Positions 49,639 to 60,156 of a DNA stretch of 64,000 bases are shown one piece after another. This DNA is from Gloeobacterales cyanobacterium. Its GTDB lineage: Bacteria > Cyanobacteriota > Cyanobacteriia > Gloeobacterales > PMM-0068. The position numbers were made by a program, and so were the translations under genes. The DNA lies in the NCBI GenBank assembly GCA_038245785.1, contig JBBRSB010000002.1, positions 269,588 through 333,587 of the forward strand, written 5' to 3'. The notes beneath the pieces are model-generated. The model did no database searches and was not told where the DNA came from. It worked only from the letters and a program-made list of their open reading frames with translations. Position 1 is the stretch's first letter; each line of letters starts with the position of its first letter.

Positions 49639-49961
49639 TCTTAGAAATTGCCACTCTTGATATTCGGCCAGGTCTGGCTCCTGACTTTGAATTAGCATTT
49701 TCAAACGCTGAGCCGATCATTTCCAGCATTCAGGGATACATTTCTCATGAATTGCAGCATTGTATTGAAAACTCAAATCGCTATGTTTTGCTTGTTTACT
49801 GGGAAACTCTAGAGGCTCATACTATAGGCTTCCGTGAGTCTCCACAATACGAGGATTGGAAAAAGCTGCTTCATCATTTTTATGAACCCTTCCCAAGCGT
49901 TGAGCATTTTGAACAGATTTCAAGTTCGTCCACGCCTTTGAAAATCCATTCGGACTCGTAG
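49635..49961 (+). CDS. Antibiotic biosynthesis monooxygenase (ABM) family protein
   Basis: MILEIA.L.I.PG, WETLEAH..GFR.S..Y..W. Confidence 0.88.
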   Translation: MILEIATLDIRPGLAPDFELAFSNAEPIISSIQGYISHELQHCIENSNRYVLLVYWETLEAHTIGFRESPQYEDWKKLLHHFYEPFPSVEHFEQISSSSTPLKIHSDS

Positions 49962-49969
49962 GATCAACG

Positions 49970-51811
49970 CTACTTTCGAGCAATAATTGAAGTGCTAATA
50001 GGATTCCCTTGTTGTATCATCTGTGCTTGCAGATCGGAACGCAAAGAATTTGATTCGACTATCTGAGCAGGGATGACATTATTGCGCAGAGCAAAAGCAG
50101 CCGCATTCCCAGCAGCCGCCCCGATAGCCCATTCTGTAGGATGTACTCGATAGGCTGCATTCGTAATGTGACTTGTTGCAATGTTCTTATTGCCTGCCAA
50201 TAGATTATCGACTTTCTGGGGAATCAAAGCACGGAGGGGTATTTGGTAAATATCATATTTAGCAGAAAGGAATGTGCGGGCTTCGTAGGGTGATTCTGTG
50301 AACTTCTGATCCACAATGCAACTATGAAAATCAATGCGGTATTGCCCTAGTCCCACACTGTCAGCAAACAGGGTGGGTTGTCCTGGATTCGTAGCGGTTA
50401 ATCCTGAACTTTTGATATCCATTTCGTAGATTGTAAAACCTTCGGGATAGCTAGCTGACGTGCGTCCAATAATCCTTCGGCCCTCCCGGATATAAGGATA
50501 GCGAGATAGGCCATGTTCAGTCCCCATCGGACTGTCTACGCCTTTGAGGAAAGCATATTGGAAGAAAAAAGGCTTGCGATACTCAGGATCGATTTTCTCG
50601 ATTAAGTGGTCCCTCGTGCCCAGTACGAGCCAGTAGTAATAACCTAAAGCATGGGTTTCAGCATCCGATAGAGCACTGGTACGCAGACCTCCACGCCAAC
50701 CTCCTTTCGCCAGTTGTCCTTGGGCTTTTAGCTGCTGCTGCGTCAAGACCAAGTTGGTAGTTGCTGTTGACAAGCGCCAATCATTTCCCCACAGCCAGTT
50801 TTGCAAAGATTGATCGCCGAAATGGATGGCATCAAAATTCCCGATAAAAAACTCACTCTTGATTCGTCGGTAAGAAAAGATAACCGGAAAGGTGTAGTTC
50901 TCTTTTTCAAAACTATAGGAAGGGCCATGGGAAGGAGCATTGTAGCCCTCCGGTTTGCGGGGAAACTGGGGAAAAAACGTATGTTCGATTATGAAGTTGT
51001 AGGTAAAGGCTTGAGTACAGTATGGATCGGTTCCTCGGGCACTCGCACTGGGTTCCCGAGGTGTTTGTGGATCTGTCCCCAAACGATAGGGAACTCCTGC
51101 TAAAGGCAGCAATTCTCCAGTCTCAGTGGCATCAATTACTATCCAGGGTAATGAACGCTTCTTTTGCGTAGCAGTAGGAACAAACAACAGCTGCTGTTTT
51201 GTAAATTGAGAGGAAGGCTTTGGGTCATACCAGTCTTCGATAAAATGCGAAAGCGGTAGGCTGTTTACGCCTTGCTTCGGATCTTTTTCAATATGAGTGA
51301 TCGCTGTAACCGAGCGAATTTGGTTTGCCTGAACCTTAAGGTCTTTGATTACAGTGTTTTTAACAAGAACCAATTGTCCAGAGAGCTTGTAGGTTTTGAG
51401 CATCTCTTCGATAACTTCGGCTCCGATGTCAGGGGGAAAACAAAGCTGGCTTACCCAACACCGACCAGGATTTTTCTCCCCATAGTAATGCTCACGTATT
51501 CGCTCTCGAAATTCAAAGTATTGCTTAGAGAAAAGGTCTACTTTGCGCTCAATCGGGCCTTCGTCAAGCGCAGAGACTCCCTGTTGACTGACCTGTCCTC
51601 CAATCCAGTCTGTGATTTCAGTGAGGCAAACTTTCTTTCCTAACCGAAGTGCTTCAAGCGCGGAGGCGACGCCACCAAGACCTCCACCGGCGACAAGAAC
51701 ATCACAGGAAATCGTTTTTATAGCAGTTGGTTGGGCGGCTAGAGGAGGAGCACTGATAACAAGCGTAAGCGAAATACCCAAAAACCAGCGCTGTACATAA
51801 GACAAAAGCAT
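49970..51811 (-). CDS. Exported FAD-dependent oxidoreductase
   Basis: Signal peptide; VAGGGLGG, WIGGQ, IDATETG, PYIREGRR, YQIPLRALIP, YRVHP.EW. Confidence 0.85.
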   Translation of the reverse strand: MLLSYVQRWFLGISLTLVISAPPLAAQPTAIKTISCDVLVAGGGLGGVASALEALRLGKKVCLTEITDWIGGQVSQQGVSALDEGPIERKVDLFSKQYFEFRERIREHYYGEKNPGRCWVSQLCFPPDIGAEVIEEMLKTYKLSGQLVLVKNTVIKDLKVQANQIRSVTAITHIEKDPKQGVNSLPLSHFIEDWYDPKPSSQFTKQQLLFVPTATQKKRSLPWIVIDATETGELLPLAGVPYRLGTDPQTPREPSASARGTDPYCTQAFTYNFIIEHTFFPQFPRKPEGYNAPSHGPSYSFEKENYTFPVIFSYRRIKSEFFIGNFDAIHFGDQSLQNWLWGNDWRLSTATTNLVLTQQQLKAQGQLAKGGWRGGLRTSALSDAETHALGYYYWLVLGTRDHLIEKIDPEYRKPFFFQYAFLKGVDSPMGTEHGLSRYPYIREGRRIIGRTSASYPEGFTIYEMDIKSSGLTATNPGQPTLFADSVGLGQYRIDFHSCIVDQKFTESPYEARTFLSAKYDIYQIPLRALIPQKVDNLLAGNKNIATSHITNAAYRVHPTEWAIGAAAGNAAAFALRNNVIPAQIVESNSLRSDLQAQMIQQGNPISTSIIARK

Positions 51812-51821
51812 AGGAATGAAT

Positions 51822-52316
51822 CTATGGGTCAACAAACTGATGATGAACAATTAGGGCGGAGCACGGAGCATGATGGAGCACATAGTTGCTGACACTCCCT
51901 AGAATCAACTCACTCAGATGAGAACGTCCCCGACGGCCTGTAATGATTAAATCGGCTTTCCAAGAGTGGGCCATGTCACAAATGGTTGGACCAGGACCTC
52001 CTAGCTTTTGGATGATTTCTATTTTTACGCCCTCAGCCATAGCCTCTTCAGCATAAGACTGTAGTACCTCCATTCCATGTTTCTTAAATATTTCTAACTG
52101 CTCTAGATAGTCTTTGATAATATTTTCCTGTAATCCTAATCCCATTCCCATTTCAATCCCAGGCAGGGTTGGATAACCTTCTCCTTCTGGAGATAAGACA
52201 TGCAGTAGCATCAGGTTTGCGCTATCTTGTTTGGCTAAAGTGAGTGCTTCATTAAACACTTGAGCGCTATCTTCAGAATTGTCGATGGCGACTAAAACTC
52301 TATGAAACATAAACAT
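51822..52316 (-). CDS. Universal stress protein
   Basis: FHRVLVAID, GRRG...LGSVSNYVLHHAPCS. Confidence 0.93.
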   Translation of the reverse strand: MFMFHRVLVAIDNSEDSAQVFNEALTLAKQDSANLMLLHVLSPEGEGYPTLPGIEMGMGLGLQENIIKDYLEQLEIFKKHGMEVLQSYAEEAMAEGVKIEIIQKLGGPGPTICDMAHSWKADLIITGRRGRSHLSELILGSVSNYVLHHAPCSALIVHHQFVDP

Positions 52317-52324
52317 CTCCTTCC

Positions 52325-52843
52325 TTAAGAGCCGCTTACTTTTGCAATGTGTACACTAGGCTCATGTGCAGGATAAATAATCAGGACTGAACAAGGGGAA
52401 TTGTGAAGCACATAGTTGCTTACGCTCCCTAAAACCAACTGTCGAAGAAGAGAATGTCCTCTACTGCCCATTACAATCAGATCTGCCTCCCAAGTCTGAG
52501 CCACTTCACAGACTGTCAATCCTGGACTACCCAATTGCTGCTTAACTTCACTGGCCACACCCGCAACCATAGCTTCATCGAGGTAAGCGTTTAGCTGATG
52601 CAAACATTTTTCTTCAAAGATACGCCATTGTTTTTGATAATTCTCTACAGCTTTACTGCTTGCCTGAGGATAATAATCAAGAATCGGAGACAGGGGGATA
52701 TTGGGACTCCCTTTTTCTTCACCAGAGAGGACATGTAATAGAAGCAGCGTAGCCTGATCGTTCTTAGCTAAAGAGAGCGCTTTTTCAAAGACATGGTCAC
52801 TGCCTTTCGTACTGTCCAAAGCAACTAAAATTCTCTGGAACAC
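52325..52843 (-). CDS. Universal stress protein
   Basis: FQRILVALD, GSRG...LGSVSNYVLHNSPCS. Confidence 0.93.
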   Translation of the reverse strand: MFQRILVALDSTKGSDHVFEKALSLAKNDQATLLLLHVLSGEEKGSPNIPLSPILDYYPQASSKAVENYQKQWRIFEEKCLHQLNAYLDEAMVAGVASEVKQQLGSPGLTVCEVAQTWEADLIVMGSRGHSLLRQLVLGSVSNYVLHNSPCSVLIIYPAHEPSVHIAKVSGS

Positions 52844-52953
52844 GGAAGCTTCCCCTCTGTCCTTAATACAGACGTGCGAACTAAGACCAGCACCAACAGA
52901 TTAGGCTATTATTTTTCCTATGTTTAAGATTCGACTTATCACAAGCGAAAGCT

Positions 52954-53652
52954 TTATAGCCTAGCAAGTCTATGCGGGATCTTTTCCTCTACTTTAGCAT
53001 TAGATTCTTGACAAGCTAACATCATTTTGATGCGCTCCATTTTCTGATCCCGAATCGCAGAAAATAACTCTAAAAGATTAGTAATGCTAGAACGGTGTTC
53101 AGTAGTCTGGAATTCAGAGAACAGGGAGAAGTCTTCCGTTTGATAGGCTTCCATTACGAGTTCAGGAGCAGGGCGCAGGATAAGCTCTTTTTTGCATTCC
53201 TCTATAAACCGACCATAGTCAGCATAGGCATGGCTGGCCACAAGCTCTATGAAGCGGTAGATACTATAAGGATTTACTATGTAAATACACACGAGAAACA
53301 AGTAGCAAACTACGGTTACAGACCGAGCTAATAGACGGTCATACCAGTATTCATCTCCTTCTAAGACTTCCATAATCAAAAGATGATGTACGCCATTCCA
53401 AGATTCTGGAAAATGGACTTTGAGCCAGTCAACCTGTCGCCAAAAACTCAGGTTTTCATAAAAGTTGAGTACTGAGAGATGGGCATAATAGGGTACGCAT
53501 GCCAGGGTTTCTAGTATATAAAAACGAGGAAAAGGACGACCTCGATACAACTTATCAATCACCGAAACTAATGCATTCACAAGTGCGCGTATCATGGTGT
53601 GAATCCTTTTCGTAAACTCTTCTTGTACATCCTTTTCAAGGTTTAACTTCAA
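52954..53652 (-). CDS. Plastoquinol terminal oxidase (PTOX/AOX)-like protein with a degenerate di-iron site
   Basis: RFYILET...VPY, LKVHF.ESWN.VHHLLIME, ELV.SHAY, IRD motifs, but several ligands are substituted. Confidence 0.8.
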   Translation of the reverse strand: MKLNLEKDVQEEFTKRIHTMIRALVNALVSVIDKLYRGRPFPRFYILETLACVPYYAHLSVLNFYENLSFWRQVDWLKVHFPESWNGVHHLLIMEVLEGDEYWYDRLLARSVTVVCYLFLVCIYIVNPYSIYRFIELVASHAYADYGRFIEECKKELILRPAPELVMEAYQTEDFSLFSEFQTTEHRSSITNLLELFSAIRDQKMERIKMMLACQESNAKVEEKIPHRLARL

Positions 53653-53840
53653 TAAGACAGGAGCGCGTCCAACTCATAGATACTCAGGAATCCCATAGTC
53701 CAGGCGATCAAAGGCATCTGATCAAAGGCATTTCTGCGAACCGCCACATTTTCCACCATTGCATACTCATCTTTAGTCAAAAGATTTTTCAGACTTTTGG
53801 GAACAAAGTCCATGTTTAATGAATAATTTGGACTATTCAT
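53649..53840 (-). CDS. Small cyanobacterial protein (DUF2949-like)
   Basis: GGAGG SD; C-terminal MPLIAWTMGFLSIYELD pattern; stop overlaps the PTOX-like start. Confidence 0.55.
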   Translation of the reverse strand: MNSPNYSLNMDFVPKSLKNLLTKDEYAMVENVAVRRNAFDQMPLIAWTMGFLSIYELDALLSY

Positions 53841-53981
53841 ATTTAGTCCCTCCTGAATTTATACATACTGTAATGCTGTGAAAACTTATTCACAGGGGGG
53901 TTCTTAGAACTCTTTTTTACGTTAAAGCCTAGATATGTAGAACCTGTTGCAGCCGTAACCAATTTGTATATCCAACACAAC

Positions 53982-54575
53982 CTATACAGGCGAGCCAGGA
54001 AAATCTTCCGTAAACTTTTGCCGGGTTGTGGGCTGACTGATGATCAAACCTTCACCACCTAAAGGATGCGTTTCATCAAGGGCTTGGCCTTCTACCGATA
54101 GATAGACCTTGGCCTCAGGATTGAGACTTGTGGCCGTGTAAATGGCCTGGGCAACGCGATGCGTCATAATCGTGCTGCCGCCCCCTTGGGCAAATTCTTG
54201 GGACAAATCGACATAGATGCCCTGTTCCGTCACCTTCAAACTCAGTAGGCGTGTGCCTGCAGGAATCGCGGTATTCAACTTGGCATCCCGAGGCCGATCG
54301 AGGAGTTGTCTAAATGCTTCTTTGAGCGCCAATTCTGGCGTTGCCCCTGATTGAATAGCAATCTTTTGGGGAACCAAGGTCCCTTCACCCTGCAGCCAAT
54401 AGATTTGGGGTTGAATATTAATAGTCGGTCTAGGCTGCTGCATACCGGGAGGCGAGGGCTGATCTATCTCTGGGGTCTGCGTAAACCACCAAGTGGCCCC
54501 ACCCACTCCAAGCAAGAGGGCAGCAACTCCTACGACTAATTCTCTGGAAATAGACTGAACTTGTTGCTTTTTCAT
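53982..54575 (-). CDS. GerMN domain protein
   Basis: N-terminal TM; TAIPAGTRLL, VDLSQEF..GGGS, AQAIYTATS. Confidence 0.88.
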   Translation of the reverse strand: MKKQQVQSISRELVVGVAALLLGVGGATWWFTQTPEIDQPSPPGMQQPRPTINIQPQIYWLQGEGTLVPQKIAIQSGATPELALKEAFRQLLDRPRDAKLNTAIPAGTRLLSLKVTEQGIYVDLSQEFAQGGGSTIMTHRVAQAIYTATSLNPEAKVYLSVEGQALDETHPLGGEGLIISQPTTRQKFTEDFPGSPV

Positions 54576-54906
54576 GTCCTAATCCCTCTAAACTTCTGTT
54601 CTCAAAAGAGCCAAAGACCCCTTTTTGCACCCTATGTTTGCTTGATCCTATACTACAGACCAACTGTGAAGAAATGATGAAGAGAGAAGGTGCGAACTCC
54701 CTCTATCAACTTACAGCCTCGCACGATTTTTCCCCAAAGGGAAACTTCCTTTAGATAGAAACTGATTGATTAAAGTTTGTTCTTCCCAAGTTCCTCACAT
54801 CTAAGTTCTAGCCTAAGAGTAGGTCTAGATAGGCGGTGTTGCTATAGCACTCTATTCACCCTCCACTCCTAGCAAGTCTCCCTCTCCTCGCTGGCTGACG
54901 CCTGCT

Positions 54907-56076
54907 TTGGCCTTGATCGCAGCAACCACACTGGTGCTCGGAGGCTCTAGGATACACCAATGGCAAGAACAGACGCTCTTCGTAAACGATGCTTATCAGA
55001 CCACTCATCAAGTCATTACCCGCTATTTCACAGCGGTTGAAGCGAGAGAACGAGCGATTCGCGAAGCTAACCCCGATAAAGTAGCGCGTATTGAGCAATC
55101 TTTGACCCAAGACCGCCAAGCCTTTGTCAAGGCTATCCAGGACTATATTGTGGCGATTGCCCGCTTACCCGATAAAGAAATGGCTGAACGCTTCGGGACT
55201 TTGGAGATGGAAGGTGCTGACACCCAAGGAAAAATACAAGTCACTATCCGGTCCTTTGAGGGAGTGGGCCGCTTGGTTCAGCTTCAGGTTGCAGAAACTC
55301 CAGATGAATGGAATCAGCGTCATCTAAATTTCTGGCTTTCAGGAGGAGAACAACCCCAAGCCTACGTTCTCAATGATTTTTCTAAAGATCCAGATACAAT
55401 CGCAGAGCAAGTGGCTCTCTTGAATACACCTGATACCCCTAACCGATTCCTAGTGGTAGCAGGGAAAAGAGCTTCTCTAGGAGGAGTCAGTCCCTGGTTA
55501 GAAGTTTTCCAAGTCCAAAAAGACCATTTAGAGAACAAGACCGCTCAAGTCTTTCCTCAAAGTCTTTTCAATAATACGCTTGGAGCCAGTCCGGCTATTC
55601 AACCTAGCAACTACATACGGCTCGAACGTTATGTTCTGGACCCAGAGCGTGTTATGGCCCCTTGCGACAGTTGTGGGCTGTTGGCCTACCGAACAAGGCT
55701 TCAGTGGAAGGAAGGACGATATCAACTTGTAGAAAATACGCCCTTGAATACAGCAGACAATGCCAACTACGCGGGCTTGGTCTACCTCAAAAAACGAGAA
55801 CAGACGCCCACTTGGGCCAAGTCATTTTTGAGTGCTAGCTTCCGCAGTCAGGCGAATAATCTTCCCCCATTCCAACCAAAACGCTATGCCAGATGGGACC
55901 AGGGCTTCATTTTAGACAATAGCCCCGTACAAAATAAAGCAGCGACCACTTTTTCCTTCACCGGTGTGGCAGACGCTAAACTGATCGTGAAGAAAAATGT
56001 CCAAGGCCAATGGCAAGTACAAAACATGAAGTTGGGACGAGTAAATTTTTGGAACGCTCCCGCACCTGTTCAATAA
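54907..56076 (+). CDS. Hypothetical membrane-anchored protein
   Basis: 389 aa ORF with N-terminal hydrophobic segment and a CxxC (CDSC); start uncertain. Confidence 0.6.
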   Translation: MALIAATTLVLGGSRIHQWQEQTLFVNDAYQTTHQVITRYFTAVEARERAIREANPDKVARIEQSLTQDRQAFVKAIQDYIVAIARLPDKEMAERFGTLEMEGADTQGKIQVTIRSFEGVGRLVQLQVAETPDEWNQRHLNFWLSGGEQPQAYVLNDFSKDPDTIAEQVALLNTPDTPNRFLVVAGKRASLGGVSPWLEVFQVQKDHLENKTAQVFPQSLFNNTLGASPAIQPSNYIRLERYVLDPERVMAPCDSCGLLAYRTRLQWKEGRYQLVENTPLNTADNANYAGLVYLKKREQTPTWAKSFLSASFRSQANNLPPFQPKRYARWDQGFILDNSPVQNKAATTFSFTGVADAKLIVKKNVQGQWQVQNMKLGRVNFWNAPAPVQ

Positions 56077-56128
56077 GCACCCAGTTCTGTAGCGCTTGTT
56101 AGCACAGGACCAGAAGATACTCAGGAGC

Positions 56129-56455
56129 CTATCTAGCCAGCGGCTCATAAACATTCGGACTGCTCTGCAAAGCTTTCGAAGCTATGTGGCGCACTCTCGG
56201 GGACTGTGCAGAATTGACCAGGCGTTTTACGCCCGCAGGCCCCCATGTGTGCATATACCAACAGAGGTGTTCGTAGAGCCGAAGAGGCTCGTCGTATTCC
56301 CCCAAAAGGTGGTCTATATACTCTTCTTCAGCAATCGCACTTTTTTGGGGGTGATGCCTAGCACGTAAAGTTTTCATAAAACCCTCCTGACAGCGCCTGC
56401 GACATCTCTTCATCGCCTGCTCTTTCATACTAGAGACTAATTGTGAAGAAATCAT
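56129..56455 (-). CDS. Hypothetical protein
   Basis: 108 aa ORF downstream of hslO; no family recognised. Confidence 0.45.
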   Translation of the reverse strand: MISSQLVSSMKEQAMKRCRRRCQEGFMKTLRARHHPQKSAIAEEEYIDHLLGEYDEPLRLYEHLCWYMHTWGPAGVKRLVNSAQSPRVRHIASKALQSSPNVYEPLAR

Positions 56456-56499
56456 GAAGATTTTTTACTTGGGTGGTCCGGTTAGAGTATGTCTAATGT

Positions 56500-57399
56500 C
56501 TAGCCCTTACTCCACTGCTCAGACAGTTCTTGCACAAGATCGTCTAAGTCTTGACCACTCAGCTGGTAAATCTCATTACAGAAATGACAGGTGGCTTCTG
56601 CCCCTCCATCTTTTTCAATCATGTCTTTTAGCTCATTAGAACCCAGCATTTTTAGAGCACCCCGCACTCTATCTACGGAGCAACCACACTGGAAACGGAC
56701 CATTTGCACTTCTTGGGCTAGCTGGAGCTCAAGTCCAAGCAAAATTTCTTCGAGCATGTCGGGCAGCTTTCTCCCGGCACGCAGGTGGTTTGTAATGCCT
56801 GTAACCCCAGCCAAATTATGGTTAAGGACTCTTTCGAGCTCTGTGTCTTCCTCTCCCGGCATAAATTGGATAAGAATGCCTCCGGCTGCGTCCACCCCTT
56901 CAGGTGTGACATAAACGCCTAGCAGCACTACAGAAGAAGTTTGTTCGGAAACAGACAGATATTCCGTAATATCGTCCCCTATTTCCCCCGTCACTAGTTC
57001 CACGGTTCCAGCATAGGGATAGCCATATCCCAAATCCTTCAACACATGGAGAAATCCCTTCCCAACGGCTGTTCCCACATCTAACTTGCCCTGAGCATTG
57101 AGAGAAAGTTCCACTGTTGGGTCTGAAAGATAACCCCGCACTGTGCCATCGGCTCCAGCATCGGCCAAAATACCCCCCAGCGGACCGTCCCCATCAATCC
57201 GAATGTTGATCCGAGCGGTGTCTAGTTTGAGATTGGCCGCAAGCAATAGGCTAGCTGTCATCGTCCGGCCTAAAGCCGCCGTGGCAACAAAAGACGCCTG
57301 ATGCCTGACCCTCGCTTCTTCTACGGCTTTAGTGGAAACAACCCCTACCACACGAATTTTCCCGTTCGCTGCAGTTCCTCGAATCAGTTGGTCGGCCAT
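56500..57399 (-). CDS. hslO: Hsp33 redox-regulated chaperone
   Basis: MADQLIRGTA, ALGRTMT, GDGPLG, SEQ, CGC...CHFC. Confidence 0.95.
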   Translation of the reverse strand: MADQLIRGTAANGKIRVVGVVSTKAVEEARVRHQASFVATAALGRTMTASLLLAANLKLDTARINIRIDGDGPLGGILADAGADGTVRGYLSDPTVELSLNAQGKLDVGTAVGKGFLHVLKDLGYGYPYAGTVELVTGEIGDDITEYLSVSEQTSSVVLLGVYVTPEGVDAAGGILIQFMPGEEDTELERVLNHNLAGVTGITNHLRAGRKLPDMLEEILLGLELQLAQEVQMVRFQCGCSVDRVRGALKMLGSNELKDMIEKDGGAEATCHFCNEIYQLSGQDLDDLVQELSEQWSKG

Positions 57400-57494
57400 G
57401 AATATCCCTGATGCTTTTGATACATCTCTGTATGTCTTATTGTAACGGTTACGGGGCAGGAGCCTATTTCCTAACCTTGTTCAAATCTCTTCGT

Positions 57495-58826
57495 TCAAAT
57501 CTCTTCGGGAAAAGGACCAGAATAAGCCCAATCTAAAAGTTCTACAGGATGCATAACTTTCATCTTCAGCTGGCGTTCATGCACACCCCGAGCCAGTTGC
57601 GAAAGACAGCCAGGGCTTCCTACCACCACCACATCGGCTCCTGTATCGGCAAGGTAATCCATCTTTCTCTCTCCGACCCGCAAGCTCATCTCCGGTTCAA
57701 AGATATTAAAAAGTTCTCCCGCTCCACAGCACATCTCCGATTCAATAAAGGGGACTAACTCTAGGCCAGGAATTTTTTGGAGCAGATTGAGCGTATCGGC
57801 ACTGGCCTTCATTTTATAGTTGAGATGGCAAGAATGCTGATAGGCCACCCGCATATTGATGGCATGGGTCATTGGTTCCCGTTTAGTCCGAGACAAAAAT
57901 TGCCCCATATCTACCACTCGACTGGCATAGGTCCTAGCCAGCTCTCTGTATTCAGGGTCATCGGCCAGTAGTTGAGCATAGTCTTTTAGAAAAGCGCCAC
58001 AGGAAGCACTATTGGTCACGATGTACTCTGTCGGCTGTTTGGCAAATCCTTTGAGATTGCGGATTGCCAGCGTGCGGGCGATGTCTACTTCTCCTACCCG
58101 TGCGGCAATAGCCCCACAGCAAGTCTGGGGAGGAATAGCCACTTGGTACTGAGAGGTAAGCAACAGACGACGGGAAGCCTGATTGACCGAGTTGTATAGC
58201 GTATTCGCCAAACAGCCCAAGAATAGCGCTGCCGTGCCACTGGTATAAAGGTCCCGTTCATCGGTCACAATCGTTGCTTTTACTGGACGCATCGAAGGTA
58301 CTGACGCCAGCAGGCCTTCCGTCTGGGCTAGACGATTTCTGCCTAAAATTTGGGCCTGACGTACTAAAAATTGGATACCCGAGACTTGATAGGTTCTCAG
58401 GAACTGTCGCAGAATCGTGAGCCCCACGGGCGACGGCAAAACTTTTCCTACAAGCCAGCGCTGGAGTGCCCGTGCCCAAGTGGGCATCTGCTCTGCTAGC
58501 CTAACTTTACTCTGGGCTATCAGGCTGCTGTACTCTACCCCTGAAGGGCACACTTGTGTGCAGGCATGACACTGAATGCATTTATTGAGATGGTCCTGGG
58601 TCCCTGGGGTAGCGGCAAGATTCTGTTGATTTTGAACCTGTTGATTCCACGCATTCATCAGGTACAGACGCCCTCTAGGAGAATCCGCTTCAGACCCTGT
58701 GACTTGATAGGTTGGACAAGCAGGCAGGCAGAGCCCACAGCCAATACAGGCATCTAATTTCTTTTGGTCGAAGGGATTCCCAGCGGTCATGGCTGGTTGA
58801 TTGATTGGTTTAGGCGTACTTTGCAT
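57495..58826 (-). CDS. glcF: Glycolate oxidase iron-sulfur subunit-like protein
   Basis: Two 4Fe-4S motifs (CIGCGLCLPACP, CIQCHACTQVCP), SPRGR, two CCG domains. Confidence 0.8.
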   Translation of the reverse strand: MQSTPKPINQPAMTAGNPFDQKKLDACIGCGLCLPACPTYQVTGSEADSPRGRLYLMNAWNQQVQNQQNLAATPGTQDHLNKCIQCHACTQVCPSGVEYSSLIAQSKVRLAEQMPTWARALQRWLVGKVLPSPVGLTILRQFLRTYQVSGIQFLVRQAQILGRNRLAQTEGLLASVPSMRPVKATIVTDERDLYTSGTAALFLGCLANTLYNSVNQASRRLLLTSQYQVAIPPQTCCGAIAARVGEVDIARTLAIRNLKGFAKQPTEYIVTNSASCGAFLKDYAQLLADDPEYRELARTYASRVVDMGQFLSRTKREPMTHAINMRVAYQHSCHLNYKMKASADTLNLLQKIPGLELVPFIESEMCCGAGELFNIFEPEMSLRVGERKMDYLADTGADVVVVGSPGCLSQLARGVHERQLKMKVMHPVELLDWAYSGPFPEEI

Positions 58827-58905
58827 GGAAGCGCGAGGAGGAATGTCCTTATCGTACCAAGGGAGTTCCGCAATCTGAGGATGCCCACATAGTGATTACA
58901 GAGTC

Positions 58906-60156
58906 TTAGACGAGCGTTAGTTTCTCTGGTTCTTTCTCAATCAACCCTGCCAAATGTTGCAGGAATAGGGCAGCATGAGAGCCATAGAAGACGCGATGGT
59001 CTCCAGAAAGTACCACTTGCATCTGGCGTTTTACGCCAAAGAAGCCGTCCTCGTTGACCACAACCGTCGGTTTAGAAGCACCCACTGCCAGGATTGCTCC
59101 CATACCAGGAGGGACAATCGCATCGAAACGATCCACGCCAAACATACCTAAGTTGGAAATGGTGATCGTTCCGGAATTGTATTCTTCTGGCTGTAATTTT
59201 TTGGTGCGGGCACGGGCCACTAAGTCTTTCCATTCGCGGGACAGCTGGTAGACGTCTTTATTCGCGGCATCGCGCAATACGGGCGTGATCAAACCACCAT
59301 CATCCATGGCCACTGCAATCGCTACATTGATTTGAGCATTGGTCTTGAGCCCGTTTGAGGTATAGCTGCTATTGACCAGTGGGTGATCGACCAGAGCGGT
59401 AGCCACTGCTTTTGCCAATAGGGTCGTTACGGTAACGCCTTTGGATTTCAACTGCTGATACAGTCCATCAAAACGGTCTGTAGTAATGGTATATCCTACC
59501 CGAAAGGAAGGAATCGCTAGCGACTGCTCCATATTCTGAATCACCGCTTTCTGCATGGTCGTAAATCCCTGTGCCGCTATTTCTTTTAGGGAAGGAGTCG
59601 AACTGACAGTAGAAATGGCAGGAGTGGTAGCCGGAGCGGCTTGGGCTGCTTGCAGGACATCAGCTTCTACGATGCGGCCATTGGTGCCACTGCCTTTCGT
59701 CTTAGAAAGGTCAACACCCATATCTTGCGCCAATTTGCGGGCCCGAGGACTTACCGCAATCCGAGCGCCGTCCTCTCTGGGCTGTGCAGGAGCAGATTTA
59801 GACTCATTCGCTTTTGTAGCCTCTGCAGGTTTCTCTGATTTAATAGCAGGGGTCGGCTCTACAGGCTGCTTAGGAGCTGAAGGAGCGCTTTTTGCAGCAG
59901 CTTGAGCAATTTCTTCTTTAGTTTGGGCCAAGAGAGCAATGGCTGCGCCAACGGCAGTGGTTTCTCCATCTTGAACAAAAATGTTGGCGAGATAACCTTC
60001 GTTGAAGGATTCAACGTCCATATCGGCCTTGTCGGACTCAACAACCGCGATAATGTCCCCTTTTTCAACTTTTTCTCCCACGCTCTTCTTCCAGGCAACA
60101 ACTTTACCTTCGGTCATCGTGGAGCTCAGGGCAGGCATAGTAATTTCGTGAATCAT
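58906..60156 (-). CDS. pdhC: Pyruvate dehydrogenase E2 (dihydrolipoamide acetyltransferase)
   Basis: Lipoyl motif ESDKA, E3-binding SPRARKLA, catalytic DHR..YG. Confidence 0.95.
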   Translation of the reverse strand: MIHEITMPALSSTMTEGKVVAWKKSVGEKVEKGDIIAVVESDKADMDVESFNEGYLANIFVQDGETTAVGAAIALLAQTKEEIAQAAAKSAPSAPKQPVEPTPAIKSEKPAEATKANESKSAPAQPREDGARIAVSPRARKLAQDMGVDLSKTKGSGTNGRIVEADVLQAAQAAPATTPAISTVSSTPSLKEIAAQGFTTMQKAVIQNMEQSLAIPSFRVGYTITTDRFDGLYQQLKSKGVTVTTLLAKAVATALVDHPLVNSSYTSNGLKTNAQINVAIAVAMDDGGLITPVLRDAANKDVYQLSREWKDLVARARTKKLQPEEYNSGTITISNLGMFGVDRFDAIVPPGMGAILAVGASKPTVVVNEDGFFGVKRQMQVVLSGDHRVFYGSHAALFLQHLAGLIEKEPEKLTLV

